DNA from: Andalucia godoyi And28
Lineage: Eukaryota; Protista; Jakobida
Length of the DNA stretch: 64,000 bases
Direction: 5' to 3'
NCBI GenBank assembly: GCA_009859145.1
Contig: VRVR01000009.1
Span: 62,001 to 126,000 of the forward strand
The notes beneath the pieces are model-generated. The model saw only the letters and a program-made list of their open reading frames with translations. It searched no databases and was not told the DNA's origin. Below are positions 20,344 through 30,647 of the stretch, in pieces (the first letter of the stretch is position 1; every line of letters starts with the position of its first letter). The translations under genes were made by a program, and so were the position numbers.

Positions 20344-21264
20344 ATGAGCAGCGTTGTACAGGACGTGGACCTTGTGACGTCCATGCGAGCCAAAGAGCTG
20401 CGCACTCCAAAGCTTGAGATGCGCAACCAGCGATATCAAAGATGTCGTTCTCGACTTGTGAATTGGATGTGCGATATGTGCACACATTTTGATGTGTCGA
20501 AATCCACGTATTATTCCTCCGTGTTCATCACAGACTCGATTTTATCAAGAGAGCACATTGATCCGCAGCGATATCAGCTTGTTTCGATTGCTTCTATTCT
20601 TATTTGTATGCATTCTTTTTGAATCTGCAATCACTGCCCTTTTACGTTTTTTAAATCATTCTTGCCCAGTTTTGTGATGCTTCATGGGTTTCTAAAATTA
20701 TGGTTTCTCTCTTTTCTTGCTCTCTTTCCCTGTCGTGGTTTAGCTTCCAAATATGAGGATCTTGCCAGAAATGTCCTTCGAGTCAGCGATCTCGAGGTTT
20801 GGTGCAAAGGGTTGTACAGAGAACAGCAAATCGTGCGCATGGAGTCGTACATCTTGTCGAAGCTTGACTGGAATGTCGGAGTTCTGACCGTCGCTCATTT
20901 TCTCAACGTGTTCCTTCCGTTTGTGTTCAAGAACGGTGCAGATGACTACATGAATGGGCGCCAGCTTACCGCTGAGGAAAAGCAAGGCGTGACGAGAAAA
21001 ATCCAGAGACTATCTGTCATGATCCCGTCCAACGATGCGATTATTGTGTCGCATCGCGCATCGGTGATCGCTGCATCTGTAATCTACTTTGCTCGCAGAA
21101 CCTCAAAGATGCTTGGCTGGCCCTCCAGCCTTGCGCTGTTTGCGGAATACACAGAAGAGGAGCTGATCGACTGCTCGATGTGCCTGCAAACTTTGTACAA
21201 AACTCGTTACAACTTGGAAGAGCTTATTTCTCCCGATACTGTGATCGAGGCCGCGGCCCTGTGA
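20344..21264 (+). CDS. Cyclin (cyclin-J-like / A-B superfamily); join(20344..20605,20744..21264)
   Basis: Exon 1 carries the cyclin box RSRLVNWMCDM...YQLVSIASILI. The spliced junction restores ILISSKYED. Exon 2 has MESYILSKLDWNVGVLTVAHFL, close to the recalled cyclin J pattern W.L..PT.AHF. Confidence 0.88.
20606..20743 (+). other. Spliceosomal intron (138 nt, phase 1) in the cyclin gene
   Basis: GTATGC donor, T-rich body and TTTAG acceptor. Removal joins two otherwise separate cyclin-box ORFs in frame. Confidence 0.85.
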
Positions 21265-21499
21265 GAACAGAGCAGCATACCGTTTCCCCCCGCTGCCCCC
21301 CGCTTGTGTGACATCTTGTTTCAAAATGATGTAACTTCGTGATGATGTTTGTGACTGTATCTAAGCAACCGATAATCAAACGTAGCATGTGATTCTGTGA
21401 GGACGAGCGTCGATGTAAACATCCACCACTACTCGATTCTTTTTTCTTTCTCTCTTTTTTACATGTATACTTGTCTTGATGCTGTGTTCACGGAATGGC

Positions 21500-22129
21500 T
21501 CATCTCTTCTTTTTCTTGGATGTTGCTGACGACGATGAAGACGACGATGCAGCCAGGGATGATGAGGAAGAAGAGGACGAGTTGGCATGCGGAAGTGACA
21601 TTGTGGTTTCGAGTTCTTCAGGCTGGACGTCGCGTGGATAAGGTCTTTCAGAGAGCTTCTTTGGATCTCGCGGCATTGCCTTTCTCATATCGAATGCGTC
21701 TTCGACATGCGGGCCCGAGTAGTACTTGACGACCCTTCGGTACACCGAGTATCCCATTCCCTTGTACATGCTTATTGCAATCTTGTTGGACGAGCGGACG
21801 AACAAATCGACAAAGTAAGCGCGGTACACCTTGTCGGATATGTCTTCCAGCAGATGCATCAGATTCGCGGCAACTCCCAGTCTTCGGAATGCTGGCGCCA
21901 CAGTCACAGCCGTCACATGGCCGTGCCACTCGGTCTTTGGAGACTCGGCCTTGCCCATGATATACCCCATGCATTGCCCATCAGGAGACTCCTGCATCAG
22001 AAAATAATCCGGCCATCGACACAAATAGTCAAAATAAAACCCAAGATTGTACGTCTCGGTGTAGAAATCGAGGTTCACAGGATTGAAATAAAACAAGTCA
22101 TGCGCCACAAACCTCCGTCGAACTGACAT
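21500..22129 (-). CDS. NAA20: N-terminal acetyltransferase B catalytic subunit
   Basis: DLFYFNPVNLDFYTETYNLGFYFDYLCRWPDYF, WHGHVTAVTVAP.FRRLG.A, FVDLFVRSSNKIAISMYKGMGYSVYRRV..YY, EDAFDMRK. Confidence 0.96.
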   Translation of the reverse strand: MSVRRRFVAHDLFYFNPVNLDFYTETYNLGFYFDYLCRWPDYFLMQESPDGQCMGYIMGKAESPKTEWHGHVTAVTVAPAFRRLGVAANLMHLLEDISDKVYRAYFVDLFVRSSNKIAISMYKGMGYSVYRRVVKYYSGPHVEDAFDMRKAMPRDPKKLSERPYPRDVQPEELETTMSLPHANSSSSSSSSLAASSSSSSSATSKKKKR

Positions 22130-22636
22130 TATTGTGTAATTTCGCCTCTTCTTTGTGTCTGCTTGCTTGTCTTTTTCTGTTTGTTTGTTTGGTTGGTTGT
22201 TTTTTATTTATTTATCTATTAATGAAAACAAGAATTTCATGAAAACACTGACAAAATGACGATGAATGAAGCAAAGCAGCGAGAACACCGACTATAGACT
22301 ACAGTGGATCTCTGGTTGAGGACTTAAAGGATGGGAAGGAAAAAAGAACTCATGCGTGAGTCTTCGCTTTCCAGTTTTGGCACTTCATTTGAAAATCAAA
22401 ACACTTTTCGTGTCTCCGACTTTTTTCCTTTCTGAATTGCTTATGACCTTCTTTTACAATTTTTTTAATTAAAGTTTGCTCAAATACGCTCTAAACACAG
22501 AGACACGTCTTTTGTTGTAATCATTCGTGTTTTTTTTTTTTGTTTTGTTGAGTGGATAACAAAAGAGGGAACAGATTTGATAGTTCGGTACGAGATAGAA
22601 ACGCTTATCCGTGATTTTTGAAGAAAAGAAAAAGCA

Positions 22637-25600
22637 ATGGACGAAAGCGAGGAAGAGCGAGGACTGTTGCATCCTGCTGCGAATGGACCGGTTCATTCTG
22701 ATAACGATGACGATGACAACGCCGATGATAGGGGAAGGGGTTTAGATGGAGATGGAGAGGGGGAAGAAGAAGAAGAAGATCGTCGTTTTGTGCGCGAAAA
22801 GAGTCCCGAGGAAAGCGCGTCTTTGTTCTCAATCTTGGTGTTTGGGTGGATGAACAAGCTTATTTCCCTTGGATACGAGCGAACTTTGCAGCCGGACGAC
22901 TTGTACCCTTTGAAAACCGGAGATTATGCTGCACAATCGTTTGGAAAGCTACTCAAAGTTGCGTACAGACGGCTTCAGAATCGCGAGATTGATGCGGCTG
23001 AAGAAGCTCGAGCAGGCGAAATGCAGGAGATTCCAGATGGCTTCTTTGAGGATCTTCGCGATCATCCGTTGCAGTATTTCCACGGTGCGTTTGGAAAATT
23101 CTACTATCTGAATGGACTTATCAAATTCACAAATGATATCATGGTGTTTCTAACCCCACTGCTGGTGTTTGTTATTATCAGCTATCTGCAGGAGGCCCAC
23201 AACGATGACAACAATGCTTCATCCACCTCACTGTGGGTTGGGCTGTCGTATGTGCTTGCATTGTTTGTTGTGATGAACACACAGACAATCGCAATTCACC
23301 ACCATTTTGCGAGATCATATCGAGTTTCGTTTTGGGTAGAATCTTCGTTAATTACGGCGATTTATCAAAAGGCACTCAGACTGCGACTTCGCTCCGAGTC
23401 CAGCTCAAAGGTAAGTGACAAGAGCAAAAGCGGTGCTGGCGGTGACGGTGATGGTGATGATGGTGGCAGTGCTGCTGCTGCTGCTGCTGCGAGTGTTGTT
23501 GATAGTTTGGAATCGGCGGATGGGGACAAGGCCAAAGACACAGACAGGATCGCCACGGTTGGCGAAATTGTCAATCGAATGTCCGTTGACGCGAATCGTG
23601 TAGGCTCCATTTTGATTTACGCACACGCGCTGTGGTCTGCTCCATTTCAGACGATCTTCTCCTGCTGGTTGTTATTCCAGATTTTGGGCGCTGCAGCAGC
23701 ATCGGCAGGGATTGCGGCACTTATTCTGATGATGCCGCTTAATTTATGGATTGCTAAAATTTACAGCAATACGTCGGATGTGTTTCTCGAGGTGAAAGAC
23801 GAACGAACGAAATTCATCTCGGAGGTAATCAAAGGTATTCAAGCCGTCAAGTACTATGCATGGGAAACGAGATGGCGCGATTTCATCATGCAAATTCGCA
23901 AGAGAGAGTTCAAGGCTCTCTGCAAAGCGTCGTACGTGGATGCATTGTCTTACTATATTTCCGAGCTGACACCTGTTCTGGTTGCTGTTTCTTGTTTTGG
24001 GACCTATGTCGCAGTCGGAAACGACCTCAATGCACCGACTGTTTTCGCTGCCATTTCCGTTCTGGAAGTTCTCAAGTTTCCAATCAGCATGATTCCATGG
24101 GTCATCTCATCGCTCGTGGACAGCATGGTGTCGCTTCGTCGTATTACGAAATACTTGGAGTGCAGCGAGCTGGATGCTCTGTCTGCAGTTGCGGGTGTGT
24201 CGTCGGGTGGATCAGACGCCATCCGGTTGGCTGAAATGTCGCATCTGCAGAATTCTGCCGTATCTGCTCTGACCGCGAGCACGAGAACCTCGGATTCATT
24301 GTTGGTCAATGAACACGACAAGTATGCTCTTGTGATGAAGGATTGCAAGTTCACTTGGAACTCTTCCGCCATGCAGGAGGACGCCCTCGCGTCACCAGTT
24401 GGCGATCTTTCGAGCAAGAAAAAACCCATGTGGGCTAGGAAGTCAAAGAAGGGCTCCGATTCTCGTGGTCGTTACACTCTTGGTGCGAGCACTGAGTTGG
24501 AAAGCGAGGATGAAGAAATGGAAGAGAAAAGAGAAAATGGCGAAGATACAGCACCGCAAACCAGAGGACTTCTTAATTCTCACACAAATGGCGGCGCGTC
24601 GTCTCACGCCAGGCACTCCAAAGATTTCGGCCGAAACTTTTCCCTCGATGTTGGAAGTCTGTCGATACCTCATGGTTCATTGGTGTACATTGTTGGTTCA
24701 GTTGGCTCCGGGAAGTCTTCATTGCTGCATGCGTTGTTTGGTGAGATGCATTGCATGTCTGGAAGCGTCACGTTTCTGGCGCCCCCAATGTTCTCCGGCG
24801 GCGAATCATCTGCCGAGTCTCTTGTTGGCAAAAAGATTTCCTCGGCAATGTTAGCGTATGACCCGTACTCCCCAGCAATGTTGAAGAGGTATGCATCTCG
24901 ACGAAACTGGGCACACAAGGTGCCAATTCGTGTGTCGTATTCAACACAGAATCCTTGGCTTGAAAATGCGACAGTCAAGGATAACATTCTGTTTGGGCAC
25001 GCGTTTGACCAGGAGCGCTTCAACAGGGTCATTGAAGTGTGCTCCCTTGCTTCCGATATTGCAATCCTTCCGGCCGGTATTCAGACAGAGATCGGGGAGC
25101 ACGGTGTAAACCTTTCGGGAGGCCAAAAGGCTCGTATATCTCTGGCTCGGGCGATCTATGCAGATGCGGATGTCTATCTCCTGGACTGTCCTCTCGCGGC
25201 CGTTGATTCGCATGTCGCCAGCCATATCCATGAAATGTGCTTCAAGGAATTTCTTCACGGAAAAACGTGCATCATGGCAACCCACGCCTTGCAGTATTCT
25301 GCAGATGCCGATATGGTCATTCGTTTGGATCGCGGTCATGTTGTGGAGGTAACATCTGGTGAGGACTTTGCGATCGAGTATCGAGAACACAAGTCGAGTG
25401 GGTCCTTTGCAGATTTAGTGGTCGAAGAGGAGGGTTCACTACTTGATGACAACGTGGAAGAACATTCTCTGTCTCCGACACGTTCCTCAGACCGTGGAGA
25501 TGGTGATGGAACGCCGGGATCTGCGGCTGTCGAGGCAGGACATGCAGGTGAACCAGCAAAGAACGATGGAGGAGGAAAACTGGTCAAAGAAGAGGAGCGG

Positions 25601-27388
25601 CAAGTTGGCGGTGTCCGTTTTGCAATTATTTATAGATTTTTCAGATATGTCGGATGGTGGCTTACTCTTATCGTCTTTGCATCGTCCGTATTGGCGCAAG
25701 GTTTGAAAATGTGGGGTGACTTTTTCCTTGCAGCATGGACCAACGACTCCGAACACGACGATTCCCATGATACGCTCAACTCTTTGATGATGTACGGTAT
25801 GCTCGGCCTCGCGTTTGCTTTGTGCATATTGATTCGGGCGTTTCTCTTCTATACGGGCGCACTCCATGCAGCCACTGGACTGCATGACGACATGCTTAAT
25901 CGTGTTCTTCGAGCTCCGTTGTCGTTTTTCCAGTCGACTCCGTCTGGTCGTTTGCTGAATCGATTTGCAAAAGATCAAATGGCTGTGGATTGGGAGCTTC
26001 CAGCAAGCGCGCTGTCGCTGCTGTCCTGTCTTTTGCGCGTTGCGGCTACAGCCATCGTGATCTGCGTTGTTTTCCCGTTTCTCATCATTCTATTTGTGCC
26101 CGTGTTTTTCGTGTACATGTTTGTGCAGCGGCGGTATCGCAAAACGGTGCTGTCTGTGAAGCGCATTGAGTCGACAGCGCGCTCTCCGATCTATTCTCAC
26201 TTTTCCACGACACTTGCAGGCATGTCTGTCATTCGCTGTTTTGGACACCAGCGACGGTTTGAGATGCAGAATCAAAAGTACGTCGACCACTTGATGCGGG
26301 CCTCGTATCTGTCCATTTTTTTGAATCGATGGCTTGGTGAACGATTGGAATTTATCGGAAACGGCGTGGTCGTCATGACTGCTCTTTTTGCAATCCTGCG
26401 GCGCAGCGAAATTGACGCGGCTTCCGCTGGCTTAGCGCTTACGTATGCACTCAGTGTGACTGGAACGCTGAACTGGTTGATTCGCATGTTGGTCACTACC
26501 GAGTCAGCATTCACATCCGTCGAGCGCATCATTGAGTACACAGAAATTGCAAAGGAACGCGATGCGATCGTCGAGACGCGAAGACCGCCAGGCGGCTGGC
26601 CAAGCGCTGGACGTATCGAGCTTCGTGGAGTGTGCATTCGATATCGTCCCGGGCTTCCGCTTGCACTGAACCATGTGAGTCTAGTGGTGAACCCTGGCGA
26701 AAAGATTGGAGTTGTCGGTCGAACTGGGTCCGGGAAGAGCACGCTCGTTTCGTCGCTGTTTCGCCTAGTGGAACCAGAGGCGGGTAACGTATTTATCGAC
26801 GGGGTTGACATCTGCAAGATGGGTTTGGATGACCTGCGTTCCCGTATCACGATTATCCCTCAAGACCCCGTGATTTTCTCTGGAACGATCCGCATGAATC
26901 TCGATCCATTCCAAGAATACCCGGATGATGCGCTGTGGGCGATGTTGGAAGCTGTACAACTCAAGCAGCTGGTTGCCCAAATGCCCAACAAGCTTGAGCA
27001 GGAGCTTTCCGAATCTGGAAGCAACCTGTCTGTAGGCGAATCGCAGTTGCTGTGTCTTGCTCGTGCCTTGCTTCGGAAATCTCGCGTGTTTGTGCAGGAC
27101 GAAGCGAGTGCAAACATTGATTACGAATCAGATCGCAGGATCCAAGTAAGCATTCGCCGTGAGTGCTCCACATCCACGGTGCTGACTATTGCCCATCGAC
27201 TGGAGACCATCATGGACTCTGACCGCATTCTGGTTCTTGAAGACGGTCGTGTTGCCGAGTTTGACAAGCCCTCTGTTCTTGCGTCAGATCCAAATTCGAA
27301 ACTCTACGGATTGATCCAAGCGACGGGTCCCGAGAACGCCGCCATTCTCACGTCCGTTGCGAAGGGTGAACGTCGTCTATATGGTTAG
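22637..27388 (+). CDS. ABC transporter, ABCC/MRP subfamily (short form, no TMD0)
   Basis: Lasso motif (SPEESASLFS...FGWM..LI..G....L..DDL) followed by TMD1-NBD1-TMD2-NBD2. NBD1 has GSVGSGKSS and LSGGQKAR. NBD2 has GRTGSGKS, LSVGESQLLCLARALL, DEAS and IAHRL. Confidence 0.95.
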   Translation: MDESEEERGLLHPAANGPVHSDNDDDDNADDRGRGLDGDGEGEEEEEDRRFVREKSPEESASLFSILVFGWMNKLISLGYERTLQPDDLYPLKTGDYAAQSFGKLLKVAYRRLQNREIDAAEEARAGEMQEIPDGFFEDLRDHPLQYFHGAFGKFYYLNGLIKFTNDIMVFLTPLLVFVIISYLQEAHNDDNNASSTSLWVGLSYVLALFVVMNTQTIAIHHHFARSYRVSFWVESSLITAIYQKALRLRLRSESSSKVSDKSKSGAGGDGDGDDGGSAAAAAAASVVDSLESADGDKAKDTDRIATVGEIVNRMSVDANRVGSILIYAHALWSAPFQTIFSCWLLFQILGAAAASAGIAALILMMPLNLWIAKIYSNTSDVFLEVKDERTKFISEVIKGIQAVKYYAWETRWRDFIMQIRKREFKALCKASYVDALSYYISELTPVLVAVSCFGTYVAVGNDLNAPTVFAAISVLEVLKFPISMIPWVISSLVDSMVSLRRITKYLECSELDALSAVAGVSSGGSDAIRLAEMSHLQNSAVSALTASTRTSDSLLVNEHDKYALVMKDCKFTWNSSAMQEDALASPVGDLSSKKKPMWARKSKKGSDSRGRYTLGASTELESEDEEMEEKRENGEDTAPQTRGLLNSHTNGGASSHARHSKDFGRNFSLDVGSLSIPHGSLVYIVGSVGSGKSSLLHALFGEMHCMSGSVTFLAPPMFSGGESSAESLVGKKISSAMLAYDPYSPAMLKRYASRRNWAHKVPIRVSYSTQNPWLENATVKDNILFGHAFDQERFNRVIEVCSLASDIAILPAGIQTEIGEHGVNLSGGQKARISLARAIYADADVYLLDCPLAAVDSHVASHIHEMCFKEFLHGKTCIMATHALQYSADADMVIRLDRGHVVEVTSGEDFAIEYREHKSSGSFADLVVEEEGSLLDDNVEEHSLSPTRSSDRGDGDGTPGSAAVEAGHAGEPAKNDGGGKLVKEEERQVGGVRFAIIYRFFRYVGWWLTLIVFASSVLAQGLKMWGDFFLAAWTNDSEHDDSHDTLNSLMMYGMLGLAFALCILIRAFLFYTGALHAATGLHDDMLNRVLRAPLSFFQSTPSGRLLNRFAKDQMAVDWELPASALSLLSCLLRVAATAIVICVVFPFLIILFVPVFFVYMFVQRRYRKTVLSVKRIESTARSPIYSHFSTTLAGMSVIRCFGHQRRFEMQNQKYVDHLMRASYLSIFLNRWLGERLEFIGNGVVVMTALFAILRRSEIDAASAGLALTYALSVTGTLNWLIRMLVTTESAFTSVERIIEYTEIAKERDAIVETRRPPGGWPSAGRIELRGVCIRYRPGLPLALNHVSLVVNPGEKIGVVGRTGSGKSTLVSSLFRLVEPEAGNVFIDGVDICKMGLDDLRSRITIIPQDPVIFSGTIRMNLDPFQEYPDDALWAMLEAVQLKQLVAQMPNKLEQELSESGSNLSVGESQLLCLARALLRKSRVFVQDEASANIDYESDRRIQVSIRRECSTSTVLTIAHRLETIMDSDRILVLEDGRVAEFDKPSVLASDPNSKLYGLIQATGPENAAILTSVAKGERRLYG

Positions 27389-27823
27389 CAACAAGACTGT
27401 CGCCCCACTCACCACCCTTCTTCTTTCGGTCGTTGTTTTTTGTTTTTGTTTTTGCGTTCAGCTTCGTACTGGCGCGTCTCGCAAAACAACCCGACAAGAA
27501 TGGGTAGGTGAGACGGTAGTAATATCAACAGTGAAAACATCATTCCAAAATGCACGTTGTTCTTTGTATAATACATTGGTTTTTTTTCCTCCAATTTTTT
27601 AGTTTATGTGATTCATCGTATTTTTCTTTTTTCCTTTTCCTTTTTTTCTTCTTTTGCTTTTGGTTATCGTTCCGAATGCGGCCTTGACGGGTATGGAGAC
27701 ATTGCTCAATTCTTATACGAAGAAAAGCTTCGTCTCTTGTTCGCAATAACCCATGCTTATTACTACATTTCAATTTCAGCTCCATTTCCGGTTGCGACAC
27801 GATTTCTTACAGCATGATACGCT

Positions 27824-29857
27824 TCAGTGCAGCCGCGGCCTCTTGGCAGCAACCTGCACATCTTCATCCTCTTCGTGTTCCTCAATATCTCTCTTGCGAT
27901 TTTTCTTTCCAGAAACAGCGGATCCGTTCAAACCCGTTGCGCTGGATACCGAACCCGACGCAGCCGCTGCGCCAGAACCCCCCACGGGTCCACCGGTAAC
28001 CTTGGATCTAGCATTGAACCACACCTTTGGGGACATGATGAGAAACTCTTTCTTCTCGGCACCGTCCCCCAGAGGACGCAACAGGATTCCCATTCTAAAT
28101 TGCGCATGCATATGGACGCCATTTGCAGGTTGCTCGGCACCGCCGGAAGGCCCTGCTCCAGTCCCTGCTGACGATCTGAACTTTGAATCCGAGGAATGCA
28201 CCTTGACCTTCAGGCCTGCAAACACTCCCGAAATTCCATTCTTCTCGTCCACAGCCACTGTCAGAGCGACCGCAGAGTTGTCTCGCACATGAACTTCTCC
28301 ACCAGCATCCACATACTCGTTTCTGATAACAGGAGCCTCCGCACCTTTGGAAGACGCTTCACGTACGACTTCTCCAGATTCTGCATGCACAATCACAAAC
28401 TCTGCCGCGTACATTGCTCCGGGAACAAATAAAGGAGACGATGCACGGAAACGCGCCCAGTATGTCGTTCCTGTCGAGCAAGATGTCAGGATTGGAACAC
28501 CGTCCTTGTAAACACGTGGATGAGAATCTGCTCGTAGTCTTTCATCCAAGAACAGCTTCCACGATCCACACCACGGTGTTGTCTTCTTTGCTGTGTGCAT
28601 TTCTAACATTTCAATTACAACATTAGACGATTCATCCTCAATCATCCCGTTTTCCGCCGTCGTGTTCTTCTTTCGGTCTCGCACCTGTTGCACGGTCCAT
28701 CCGTGGCCGGTGGGCAAGTCTACTGGCGAATCCGTCGTCAATCCGTGATCATCCGCATTCGAAAACCCATCGATGACACTACCGGATGTGCTCGAACTCG
28801 ATCCACCTTTCAGTCCTGAGCCGCCTCCACTGCTGGAGCCGGAGCTGGAACTGGCATTGGAATTATGCGATGCATGTTTGGACGAAGGCGTAGGCGAGAT
28901 TGTCGCTGCTGTCGATGGGTTGCGCAAACTCAGTCCCGCAGCCAAGCTCAATGAAGAAGACGACGACGAAGAAGAAGAAGATGAAGAAGATGACGACGAA
29001 AACGAATGGTTTTGAACATTCAGGGGTTTTGCATCCGCCATTGACAGTCCCGGGATCGCAGAAAGCAGGAAATGCTCCGTGGAACCACGCTGTGCAGCGT
29101 TGGCCGATGCATTTGTGTTTGCGCTTGCAGCGGAAGATGATGCGGAAAGATCAGTAACTGCAACAATCGTCTGCGAAAGTTTTCTGCTTAGAGCTTCGAC
29201 GCCATCCGGAACCACCACTACATTTCCATTTCCAGAGCCGCTTCCCGTCACATTGAAGTTCGCATTTGAATTGCCACCGTAAGAGTTGTAGTAGTGATGG
29301 TGCTGGTGATGGTTACTATTGTTGTTGATGGAAGACGTTGAAAGAGACAGCAAATCCCAAACATCCCATGACGAGGACGGATCCATGCCATTTGCGGTTC
29401 CTGCCGCCGATATATCCAGCAAGCCCAAAGCACTGACATATCCACCATGCCAGCCGTTCGAGCCGTTCATATGATTTTGCCCCGTGGTTGACTGTACGGC
29501 AAGCGATGACGATGATGACGCCGACGCCGACGCCGACGACGACGACGACGAAGTTGACGATGAGAAAGGTGGAAACGAGAATGAACTAGAAGAGGAAGAT
29601 GACAGCCGAGGTGTCGCCAACGGAAAGTCAAACAAGTAGTCATCTGTCTCCCACATTCCTGCATACGGATAGTGATTTGCAGAGCCTGATGGAGCGCCTG
29701 AGGCCGATGACGACGATGCGCCAGAGGCCGACGACGACGACGATGATCCGCCCGATGACGCAGAGCACGAAGTAGTAGACGGCCCAAAAAGAGTCATCAG
29801 AACATCATCGGATGTATAACAAGGCGACGAGGACCTGAACCCAAAGTTGTCTTCCAT
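27824..29857 (-). CDS. Hypothetical ~677-aa Ser-rich protein with a globular C-terminal domain and basic NLS-like tail; candidate transcription factor
   Basis: Long ORF. The N-terminal 77 codons of the track ORF run through a tandem repeat, so ATG 29857 (MEDNFG) is preferred. Low-complexity S/A/N region, then ~210 aa of beta-rich sequence, then KKNRKR and AAKRPRL. Confidence 0.75.
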   Translation of the reverse strand: MEDNFGFRSSSPCYTSDDVLMTLFGPSTTSCSASSGGSSSSSSASGASSSSASGAPSGSANHYPYAGMWETDDYLFDFPLATPRLSSSSSSSFSFPPFSSSTSSSSSSASASASSSSSLAVQSTTGQNHMNGSNGWHGGYVSALGLLDISAAGTANGMDPSSSWDVWDLLSLSTSSINNNSNHHQHHHYYNSYGGNSNANFNVTGSGSGNGNVVVVPDGVEALSRKLSQTIVAVTDLSASSSAASANTNASANAAQRGSTEHFLLSAIPGLSMADAKPLNVQNHSFSSSSSSSSSSSSSSSSLSLAAGLSLRNPSTAATISPTPSSKHASHNSNASSSSGSSSGGGSGLKGGSSSSTSGSVIDGFSNADDHGLTTDSPVDLPTGHGWTVQQVRDRKKNTTAENGMIEDESSNVVIEMLEMHTAKKTTPWCGSWKLFLDERLRADSHPRVYKDGVPILTSCSTGTTYWARFRASSPLFVPGAMYAAEFVIVHAESGEVVREASSKGAEAPVIRNEYVDAGGEVHVRDNSAVALTVAVDEKNGISGVFAGLKVKVHSSDSKFRSSAGTGAGPSGGAEQPANGVHMHAQFRMGILLRPLGDGAEKKEFLIMSPKVWFNARSKVTGGPVGGSGAAAASGSVSSATGLNGSAVSGKKNRKRDIEEHEEDEDVQVAAKRPRLH

Positions 29858-29896
29858 TTTCGAGAATGAGACAAAACGAGAATATATGAATAAATG

Positions 29897-29978
29897 AGAG
29901 ACAGAGAGACAGAGAGACAGAAATGAAAATACAAGAAATGAAAAATACAAGAAATGAAAACACAAGAAATGAAAATTA
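29897..29978. repeat. Short tandem repeats: (GAGACAGA)x3 followed by ~15-bp AGAAATGAAAA(T/C)ACA x4
   Basis: Read directly at 29897-29921 and 29919-29978, just upstream of the ATG at 29857. Confidence 0.85.
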
Positions 29979-30239
29979 AAATATGGAGACACGTACTTCT
30001 CTGGGTTTTTTTCAAAAAAGGGATCGTATTGGAAAAACGAGGTTTCTGGTGGAATGTGAGATTCGGCGGCTTCTTGGATCGGCACCATCTTTTAGGGCTC
30101 TCATAAATCGGGCACTCGGCAAGATGGAGGAAGAGGGGAAGGCCGAGATTGATGGACTTCCAGTAGCGGTCATGGTGTTCGACCTTGGGTCGCGGGCAAT
30201 TTTTCTTTCTTCTTTCATTTCCCCCAGACACACATTTCA

Positions 30240-30264
30240 CACGTGGCGTGATGGGCTGACGTCA
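30240..30264. promoter_or_regulatory. G-box (CACGTGGC) plus CRE palindrome (TGACGTCA)
   Basis: CACGTGGC at 30240-30247 and TGACGTCA at 30257-30264 in the intergenic region upstream of the 29857 ATG. Function is inferred from bZIP/bHLH consensus sites. Confidence 0.3.
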
Positions 30265-30647
30265 CTTGAGACTACGAGCTATTCCCAATCGTTTTTTTTA
30301 AATTAAAAGAAGGGGGGAAGGGAGTGCGGGTACGGGCGTTGAAGTGGGGGACGATCACCTTGTTATTGAACACGGGTCATCCATGGGCATTGCGGATGGT
30401 GCATCATCAAACCCATAATGGCGCCCATGACAGCATCTGGCGGTGTCGCTGACGAGCTCGGCAACGTTCATCTGCCATTCTGTGGACAGAGACGCACGCT
30501 AGTGGACCGCTGCGGCGACAGACAAAGGAGACGGAGGAGGAGAAGGAGGTTTTGGAATGAGAATTCATCTAGAATACAATTTATCTATTTCATAATATGT
30601 ATATGTGTGTGTGTGTGTGTAGGTGTAGGTGGGTGGGTGAATGTGTG

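Noticed and set aside
29858-30088. 77-codon hydrophobic N-terminal extension of the Ser-rich protein
   Set aside because: It is translated tandem repeat (FHFL/FSFL). Treated as UTR or intron rather than a TM segment.
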